Assembly: GCF_006345805.1 (NCBI RefSeq)
Contig: NC_042997.1
Coordinates: 181,598,001 to 181,662,000 of the forward strand
Direction of reading: 5' to 3'
DNA from: Octopus sinensis
Lineage: Eukaryota
DNA length: 64,000 bases
In this document: piece by piece, positions 54,135 to 64,000 of the stretch
Layout: each line of letters starts with the position of its first letter
Position numbering within the stretch: position 1 is the first letter of the stretch
Program-made: the position numbers and the translations under genes
The notes under the pieces: generated by a model
The model's database searches: none
Told to the model about the DNA's origin: nothing
Seen by the model: the letters and a program-made list of their open reading frames with translations, nothing else

Positions 54135-54540
54135 CTTTCTTTTACTTGTTTCAGTCATTTGATTGCGGCCATGCTGGAGCACTGCCTATAGTCGAACAAA
54201 TCTACCCTAAGACTTATTCTTTGCAAGCCTAGTACTTATTATATCAGTCTCTTTTGCCGAACCGCTACGTTACGGGGACGTAAACACACCAGCATCGGTT
54301 GTCAAGCGATTTTGGGGGATAAACACAGACACACAAACATATTGACACACGTACATATATATACATATATACGACGAGCGCTTCTTTCAGTTTCTGTCTA
54401 CCAAATCCACTGACAAGGCTTTGGTCGGCCCGAGGCTATAGTAGAAGATATATGCCCAAGATGCCACGCAATGGGACTGAACCTGGAACCATGTGGTTGG
54501 TAAGGAAGCTACTAACAACACAGCCGCTCTTGCGCCTATA
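54130..54540 (-). mobile_element. SINE family B
   Basis: Same modules as the other family B copies. Confidence 0.88.
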
Positions 54541-54544
54541 TATA

Positions 54545-54591
<47 letters not shown>

Positions 54592-54621
54592 CACACATAC
54601 ATACATACATACATACATACA

Positions 54622-54653
<32 letters not shown>

Positions 54654-55053
54654 CTACGCTCAGCACCACATTAGTGGATAAATATTCATCATTTGTGGGT
54701 AAAAAAGGCTACCAATAGTTTCATATGATTGAAGATATGTTCTTACGTTCCCATGTGGCAGGCTTGATAATAATTGTTAAAAAATTCCGTCTTGCATGAA
54801 TCCATTGGTAGCCTTGTTAAACCACAAATGATATATATATATAATGTATATGTATGCATGTATGTACGTCATCATTTGCATTATCATCGTCACGCACCAT
54901 CTTTTATTAGAGCTTGTGAAAGTCGCTTGAAGAAAAGGGTTTCTGTGAATGGTCCTGCACGTCGTTGTCACAGTTCCACAAAGCCATCTCTCTCTCTCTC
55001 TCTCTCATACACATATATGGAGAAAGAGAGAGAGAGAGAGTGAGAGAGAGAGA

Positions 55054-55092
<39 letters not shown>

Positions 55093-55499
55093 AAGGAGAA
55101 TAAATCAGTTTATTATTTGATTGGTATTTTATTTTATGCACACCCTTAATATTGAAGGGCAGATATGTTCTGGATAAGATTTGAACTCAGAACACAAAGA
55201 GCCGGAATATGTACTGCAAATTGCTCTTACGGTTAACCAATCGACTTCCCAACCCTAAAGCATCTCTTGTCTCTCTTAATTAAGGAAATAACGCAGTGAT
55301 CAATGTAGTAGTTCTAAGTACCTCTAAACAATACGGGATGTTCATAGTTGGAATGGCATTGATTATAGATCTGCTTTATTAAAGTTTACCTGAGGTTAAA
55401 GAATAACACAAACAAATACCCGAAAGAATACTGTTCCATGTGGTACTAGAAAAATCTCAGGTGAGAAGAAAAAAACATAACGTGCAATACATTTTCATC

Positions 55500-55870
55500 T
55501 CTAGGTACAAGAGTCCGAAATTTTTTGAGCGGGAGCCAGACGATTAGATCGACCCAGTACGCAACTGGTACTTAATTTATTGACCCCGAAAGGATGAAAG
55601 GCAAAGTCGACCTCGACGGAATTTGAACTCAGAACGTAAAGACAGACGAAATACCTATTTCTTTACTAACACAGAAGGGACGAACAAGGACAGACAAACG
55701 GATTAAGTCGATTATATCGACTCCAGTGCGTAACTGGTAGTTAATTTATCGACCCCGAAAGGATGAAAAGCAAAGTCGACCTCGGCGGAATTTGAACTCA
55801 CAACGTAACGGCAGACGAAATACGGCTACGCATTTCGCCCGGCGTGCTAACGTTTCTGCCAGATCGCCGA
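55500..55870 (-). mobile_element. Compound SINE family A
   Basis: Two copies of gaccccgaaaggatgaaaggcaaagtcgacctcg. Confidence 0.85.
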
Positions 55871-56259
55871 AATACATTTTCCATCAGTAAAATCGCAATA
55901 TGACTAAGTAAGAGGTAGATGAAGAGTGTAATATATTCTTCGACTGAGAGAATGATATCTAGCTAACAGAGTAAATTATTTGTACTGTTCCCACAAAGAG
56001 CAGCTGAAATATCAAAATAATACTGTTGTACATTAAATTTTATTTTCAGTTATTCATGCCACACTTAAACACAAGGTGTTTTCAATAAATCATGAATTTA
56101 TCGTGTATAATATTTGCTATAATCTTTTTGTTTTTGTTAAAATACATACCCCTGCCTAATCTGAAAATTATTTTTCTCAGTTCATTTTCGTTTTATCTAT
56201 GCAAATTACTTGAGAATATATGTGTTCTACTCTTTTTAATATACATATATAGCACGCCT

Positions 56260-56491
56260 GAGGGCCGCGAGCTGGAGAAACGTTAGCACGCCGGGAGAAA
56301 TGCGTAGCCGTATTTCATCTGTCGTTACGTTCTGAGTTCAAATTCCGCCGAGGTCGACTTTGCCTTTCATCCTTTCGTGGTCGATAAATAAATTACCAGT
56401 CACGCACTGGGGTCAATGTAATCGACTTGATCCGTTTGTATGTCCTTGTTTGTCCCCTCTATGTTTAGCCCCTTGTGGGCAATAAAGAAAT
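56260..56491 (+). mobile_element. SINE family A with a perfect 15-bp target-site duplication
   Basis: ATATATAGCACGCCT at 56245-56259 and 56492-56506. Confidence 0.93.
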
Positions 56492-57021
56492 ATATATAGC
56501 ACGCCTATGCTGGAGATAATATAGGTCGTGCTGTGCTGATGACACTTTTAAAGCCAGAGACATTTGTTCACAGCTGTCTTCCATTGGTTTTTCATTCTGG
56601 CGTATCAGTTTGGAAGAATTCTTGGGTTTCGAGATTATCGCTCCTTGTTATTTGGACATTGTACTAATTGCTGTAAACCGTTGATCTATTCTATTTGAAA
56701 GAGGAGATAATTTCAGTAAATCAATCATTTATGTTGTATATTATATAATATAATCTCTTCTTTGTTGCTCAAATACATGATGCAATCCATTCTGACGTGT
56801 TCTCTATACCCCAGATCTGCTTCTGGTCTGTTTCCGGTCTATTTCAGGTCTGAAAAAGTTGGGAATGGCGACAGTAGAACTTTAACCTAGTTGATGAATG
56901 ATTGACCGCACAATTAATCAAACAATCGATTAGTTAATTGTTTAAATATCAAGGAATTGACTAATGATAAAATGAGGGAAATAGAACCAATGCGTGTGTA
57001 TTATTGGCATTCCTACCTTAC

Positions 57022-57051
57022 CAGATATAGCATGACAAATAAGAGCTTTGA
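57022..57051 (-). CDS. Candidate 30-nt exon
   Basis: Long polypyrimidine tract ending ctttttAG, exon tcaaagctcttatttgtcatgctatatctg, donor GTAAGG; open in all three frames; could be chance. Confidence 0.3.
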
Positions 57052-57151
57052 CTAAAAAGGAGAAACAAAAAGACAAGAGAAGGGAAGGGGAAGGCGACAA
57101 GCAAAAATCGAAGAAAAAGAATGTGTGTATGTGTGTGTATGCGTGTGCGCG

Positions 57152-57228
<77 letters not shown>

Positions 57229-59037
57229 AATATGAAAAATAAGGAGAGATACTTCTATCAGAGATGTTATTGATATAAACGAATTGAAAAATAAGATTAA
57301 TATTTCAAAAAATTATGTCATAATAATTATGCATCGACATGTATATACGCGACCCCCCCCCCAAAAAAAAAACTTCTACCATGCCCCCATTACTAAATCA
57401 GAACTCGCATCGTCTGATAAGGAATATTTCATTGAAATAATGATGTATGTCATTATACGAAACAGCATGTGTAAGACAGAGAGGCTGAGGAGATAATCTA
57501 AGTGTCAGCCATAGAGATTTGGAGCTCGTTAGCTTCTTGTTCAGAGTCACTACAGAGCTGATAGCGTCAGATGCTGTCATATCGTTCGTAGCCAGAACAA
57601 ACATTCAGAGACCAGACGTCGCCAGGACAACATGCATTGTTCAGTAGAACCGTGACTCATCAAACATAAAAACCAGTGAGTTCTTGAGGGCAATCATTGA
57701 GTAGGTAAGGAGGATGAGTCTACTATCAAACATTTCAATAAACAAGAACATCAAGTATAAATCCTACGTAAAGAAGAGAGGGCAACTCATATCAGGTAAT
57801 GCCCAGGGCGAACCTTGTGGTTATGTGACACCAAACATCATACGGTATTCGAGGCTTCATGATTTGAAATTCTTGCACGGTTGCGTCTTCGACATTCGAG
57901 TTGTAATGGTCACTGATTGGTGGCACCACGATGTCAAATACTTGGGGACAGCTCTTGTGGCTATGGTGGATGTGATGGGTAGCATAGTAGGATCATCTGA
58001 TGCTATCATGCAGTCGCATCCAAGACTGTACCGAGACCGTCAATATGGCTGTTTTGTTGAATGAGCTGCTCAGTAGCTATGTTTAATTGAAATAGCTCAA
58101 CGCGTGTTTTGCTTTTCTGGCAGTATGGTGATTTATACGTTTGACGATTTTATTTCACTTTCTGCTTCATTTTCGGTTTCCATGGCGAGGACCCTGTACA
58201 CACACACACACACACGCACACACGCACACACACACACACACGCATACAACACGCGCGCGCACACACACACCACACATACACACACACAAACAAACACACA
58301 AACACACGCACACGCACACACACACCACACATACACACACACAGATAAGTTCGTTGTGTTGAGTTATATTGGTTATACAATTATGTAATATTGATTATAT
58401 TGAATCATGACAGAGCAATTGTAAATTGTAAATAAGTAGTAAAACGATTTGCTAATTCCATTTTTAATTGTTTGTAATTTTACATACATACATACACACA
58501 TACATACATACACACACATACATACATACACACACATACATAAATACGTACATACATACATACATACATACTACATTACATACATACATACATACATACA
58601 ACTGACGTTCGGTGAAAAAGAGAATACCAATTGAGAAATCTCCAGATTATAAGTTCAGTTTTATACCTCTAGTTTTGGCTTAGTGTGGTATGTAATGCAC
58701 AGCCTAAATACCAATCTTGAGAAATTAGGCTTCTCAAAACCAGAAAGGAGAACGCTTGTTCGAGGACTACATTACTGGAACTGTAAATATCTGTAAAACT
58801 TTCCAGAAGTTTATCATTTAAATATATATGAGTATGTCTAGATATGTAACTATATGTATGAGAATACATACATAAAACGTACAAATCTGCACATACATGC
58901 ATACATACATACCCTGCTGTTGATGTTGAAATTCCAATGAATAATCTTGGATCTAGTTTAGAAACCGGTTCGTTCTCTATTGAAGTAAACTGAATAATGA
59001 CATATATGCATGCAAGCATGCATACAGACAAAAGTTT

Positions 59038-59725
59038 TTTAAGGTGGTATTTGCGTCTTTTGGGGTCTATTTCCTGCGCGTGGAGAGGCTTATAGCCAAT
59101 CTCTTGTTATTATTATGTATATAGTTATTATGATATCTGTAATATTCACCTATAAGGGTTTTATTTCCGCGCTGACCCCTTGGTAAAATCATTAATTGTT
59201 TTTACCCTTTATTATATTTAGTATTTTGAAAAAATTCTCCTTGATGAAAGGTGCATTCACTGCAGGGTTATTTTGAAATATTACACGTGGCTGAAAAGAA
59301 AGATGAGAATTCTACTTTACTGAATATTTTACGAGTGTGTATATATATATATATTGCTATACGAAGTCACTGCTCCTGCATATATGTGTAGATACTCGTG
59401 AATTTATGCTACGGAGTAACGTTGCTGAAGATAGCAGTAGGTATAATTTTTTTTACCTTAAGCTTGAAACGGGATCTTGTACACGTTTAACTAAAAGTTT
59501 AATTCATTATCTTTCTTTTCTTCAACTACAGCCTGTATTTTTTTTGAGCTTTTAAGGTGGTGTTAGCATCTTTTGGCGTCTATTTCTAGTGCCTGGAGAG
59601 GCTTATAGCCAATCCCTTGTTATAATTATGTATATAATTATTGTAATATTTATAAAATTCACCTATAGGTTTTTTTATTTCCACGCTGATCCCTTAGTAA
59701 AATCATCAGTAATTTTTTACCCTTT
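59038..59725 (+). repeat. Diverged ~175-bp direct repeats (59038-59210 and 59551-59725)
   Basis: Both read tttaaggtggt...ggagaggcttatagccaatc...attcacctata...gctgaYcc..gtaaaatca. Confidence 0.85.
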
Positions 59726-59857
59726 ATTTTATACATATATATATATATACATAATATATATACACACAATATATATATATATATATATAATGTACCGTTG
59801 TGTCTGGGAGAGTGATTCTCTTTAGCTGCCTTATAATTTAACACACTCACTGGTAAA

Positions 59858-59976
59858 ATTTCCACTGATTTCTTTTTGTTCTAAAATTTCGTTGCGTCTT
59901 GCAACCTTTTCAATTATTGAAAGGTTGCAAGACGCAAGAAAATTTTAGAAAAATAAAGAAGGAAATGAGTGGAAAT
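59858..59976. repeat. Near-perfect palindrome with a hammerhead-like core at the centre
   Basis: Centre T59915; minus-strand arm reads UUGAAAA-G-GUUGC(aagac)GCAAC-GAAA. Confidence 0.85.
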
Positions 59977-59984
59977 ATATATAT

Positions 59985-60760
<776 letters not shown>

Positions 60761-60761
60761 A

Positions 60762-60989
60762 ATAATATAATCGAGACAAAACCACTATTTTAAAATCAAA
60801 CAAGGAAGACTTAATCAATACATAAAATTTTCAATATAAATGAAATAACCGCCACTACAATTGTTTCCTGTCTTCTACTGACCATTCTTCAGGTGGATTT
60901 TCGATCTTCTAATCAGTATCAAATTATGTATTGATTAAGTCTTTCCTTGTTTAATTTTAAAATAGTGGTTTTGTCTCGAATTATATTAT
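60762..60989. repeat. Inverted repeat (~65-bp arms) enclosing a hammerhead motif
   Basis: 60762-60825 is the reverse complement of 60924-60989 with few differences. Confidence 0.9.
60852..60896 (-). ncRNA. Type-I hammerhead ribozyme motif
   Basis: CCAC-CUGAAGA-A-UGGUC(aguagaa)GACAG-GAAACAAUUGUA/GUGG; stem III ACAAUUGU is self-complementary. Confidence 0.7.
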
Positions 60990-61076
60990 ATAATATTTTA
61001 CTATAAAATTGGATTTAACCCTAAATCTGATTTTTCCCTGTAATTTGGGATTCATTCCCTAATATTTATTATTATA

Positions 61077-61114
<38 letters not shown>

Positions 61115-61115
<1 letters not shown>

Positions 61116-61285
61116 GCCATGATAGATCGTTAGCCACTACACACATTTATTTTTCTCTTCTTGTTTCTCTCCTTGTTTTTTCTGTGTCCCTTTCTATTCC
61201 TGAGCGTTAATCTAAATACACCTGTTTGTTTTGTACACCACCTGTCTTCGTGCTTTGTTTTTTTAGTAAATTCTCCCTATATATA
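61115..61285 (+). mobile_element. pLTR-like repeat of the 3.2/15.2 kb family lacking the hammerhead core
   Basis: cctgagcgt..ctaaatacacctg..cacctgtcttcgt..tttgtttt tail conserved; core absent. Confidence 0.55.
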
Positions 61286-61300
61286 TATATATATATATAT

Positions 61301-61343
<43 letters not shown>

Positions 61344-61829
61344 ATATATGTGGTGTGTGGTGTGTGTGTGCGTGCATCTATATGTGGAAGCGCATTTTCC
61401 GATTCCTAGCCTGGGGGATGCCGTTTGTTCTGATCAAAGGACATTATTACCTGTTGTTCTATTCCACTCAGCTAGAAAAATGGGCAATTTCTGTCGCTGA
61501 TCTGTCTTCCGTTCTGCGCAGAAAGGGGTATATAAACATCAGAAAATCCAGTCTCATGAGCCTGTGGCTCGGAAAAAATGCCGGTATATATTTGTTTGTT
61601 TATACATGCGGTTATATTTAAAGATTGCATTATATTCTTTATGTAAGTTTCCCACATTAGTATTTAATCACACTTATGTCGGACTTTCGACATATCTTTT
61701 CATCATAACATTTCTATATACTTTCAAATTGATACACAAATATTTATACAATAACTGTTGTATATACACAAACTACAAGAATTCATACATACACAGAAAT
61801 ACCGAACCCCGTATATAAAAGGCGAAAAT

Positions 61830-62135
61830 ATGAGTATTCACAGCACACACATTTACCCCTAGCTCTTCAATATCCCCCCCGAAGGATCTGAGATACCTGC
61901 ATGGGGTGGATGTAGGTGTCTTCAAAATAAAGCTGGACCTCTTCCTGTCAGGTGTCCCAGATGAACCAACTTCGCGGCAGGAGGTGCAGATGAGGGCAGC
62001 TGCATTAAATTCTCTCATGCACCAAATTTCAATTGCTAAAAAGTATTCGTGAAGCAAAATCTTGTAGAAACACCAAATGGCGATGCCCCAGCATGGCCAC
62101 AGCTCGTGAGCTTAAACTAGATGAAAGATAAAAAA
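61830..62135 (+). mobile_element. CR1/L2-type LINE 3' end
   Basis: LFNI.PKDLRYLHGVDVGVFKIKLDLFLSGVPDEP; 3' UTR ggcgatgccccagcatggccacagc. Confidence 0.85.
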
Positions 62136-62159
62136 AATTAAATATATATATATAAAGAG

Positions 62160-62202
<43 letters not shown>

Positions 62203-62315
62203 AAATAGATAGATAGTAAGATAAATAGAGAGGCGCAGATAGAATGTAAAAATGCTGATGACTGGTGGTAACGAGAGATAATAACAAACACACACACATA
62301 TATATATATATATAT

Positions 62316-62369
<54 letters not shown>

Positions 62370-62719
62370 AAAAATAAGTGTGAGTGCGTAAGTCTGACTG
62401 AAACAAAGATGCCCGTATGCAAACAAATAATTTTATCCCAGTATAGGTTTTTATCGTTATTGCAGACGACACAGTCGCTGTCTCAAGTGTCGTCTGCTAC
62501 TCGTTTGAAAGAATATGAACACTTTGAAATATTTTTTTTTTCACTAAGTCGTCTCTTTGAAAATGTCACTGTAAGTCTGGAAGAAAAGAAATAGCATGTT
62601 TTCATTTGTGGAAGCATGTAGATTGAAAGGTTATATTGTTTGTAGTTTTCACTTATAGTTTCCTTGCACTTGTGTTGGTTTCTTGAATGTTTTATGATGC
62701 AAATATGAGACAGATGAGT

Positions 62720-63045
62720 CATATAGACATCTGGCACTCCGTCGCTTACGACGACGAGGGTTCCGCTTGATCCGATCAACGGAACAGTTTGCCTGTGAGG
62801 TTAACGTGCAAGTGACTGAGCACTCCATAGACACATGTACTCCTCCATACACTTCTCAGGGAGATTCAGCGTGATACAGAGTGTGACAAGGCTGGCCCTT
62901 TGAAATACAGGTACTACACATTTTTGCCAGCTGAGTGGACTGGAGCAACGTGGAGTAAATATATATAAAGCGCCACCGGGAATCGATCTCGCGACACTAC
63001 GATCACGAGCCGAATACCCTAACTACTAAGCCACGCGATTTCACA
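62720..63045 (-). mobile_element. SINE family C-related
   Basis: Homologous to 53125-53430 and 10495-10740. Confidence 0.8.
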
Positions 63046-63614
63046 ATATATACATATGTATGTATATATGTATGTATGCATGTATGTAAACATGCATACA
63101 TACGGACACACATATATGTGGATTAAAACAGTTTGATTCAAATTCGTTAGTACTCTTGAGTTTCAAGCGTGATGCTAGTCGTCAGCCATTTCGAATTTGA
63201 ATGAAAGAAGTTGATTGCTATTACCGTAAGGTGGGCTGCGATTGATCGAGGTAGATCAGACAATTTCATGGTTTGATGTTGGTATATGGGTAATCGTTCG
63301 TTGGAAAATACCGCATGGTGAACAGGAAACTGACCACGTGGCGATTAGGAAATCGGTCAGGTTGTTTGAAGGGTGGAAGCAGGAAGGGGCGGCATGTGCA
63401 AGTATATAGTTCTATATGTGGGTGTGCAAATGCGTTCATATGGTTTTGCGTGTATGTGTGTATTGATGAGAGCGTGCGCATCTGTACGTGGGTGCGCACG
63501 CGCATGTCTGCACACATACACACACATACACTCATGCACGCACACACAAGCGCTTGGGACACTTTCACCTTTGCGTTTAAGTCATAGCATTTGACAGAGA
63601 CAACCACACCCTAC

Positions 63615-63960
63615 TGTCAAAATTGTATAACATTGGAATGTATGAAAATCCGTTGTACTGGATGAAACATTTCTTGGTGAATAGAGCCTAACTGGTTAGG
63701 GTCAATGGAATTTACTCAAGCCGAATAAAAGCACCAGTGATATTTCCGAAGAGAAACAACTATAGTCTCTTCTTTCTGGAGAACCACTTATAACATCCAG
63801 CAATATCAGAGTCTTAGAAGTAATTTTGGCAACAACTTCAGCTGGAGCGGTTCGCCAGATGAACTTCTATATCGTCAGAACTTTCCAACCTAGAGAGCCA
63901 GGTTTCCCCTGTGGCATCCCCATTTCAAACAATACGTTATGAGAAATGAGACGCTCTACA
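63615..63960 (+). mobile_element. Degraded CR1/L2-type RT remnant
   Basis: KLYNIGMYENPLYWMKHFLVNRA*LVRVNGIYS; later IRVLEVI..NNFSWS. Confidence 0.65.
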
Positions 63961-64000
63961 AAGTAATTACTAAAATAAATAAATAGGTTATAATAAAGAA

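Noticed and set aside
56560-56710. Fragments resembling GPCR TM6/TM7 (FVHSCLP, CKPLIYS)
   Set aside because: They lie in different frames with stops and there is no further support.

Overview
AT-rich, microsatellite-dense eukaryotic DNA made almost entirely of transposable-element sequence. The tRNA-derived SINE families and overall composition suggest a coleoid cephalopod (Octopus-like); this is an inference. No intact, recognisable host gene was found, only a few weak splice-site-bounded exon candidates. Recognisable elements: a near full-length, GC-rich RTE LINE (35.2-38.6 kb) with a target-site duplication and a candidate HDV-like ribozyme at its 5' end; an R4/Dong-clade LINE next to a (TAA)n tract; CR1/L2-type LINE fragments; mariner (D,D34D), maT-type (D,D37D) and Tigger/pogo remnants; a mariner MITE; Helentron/HINE-like elements; many SINEs; and a Penelope-like element (GIY-YIG remnant) with inverted terminal repeats. 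The main observation is a dispersed set of about a dozen minimal type-I hammerhead-ribozyme motifs of varying quality. Several sit in fold-back structures (14.5, 20.1, 42-43.5, 59.9 and 60.8 kb) in which the ribozymes always point outward from the centre. One perfect 509-bp palindrome carries a compensatory U3-A8 core variant. All structures were read by eye, so element boundaries are approximate and ribozyme activity is untested.
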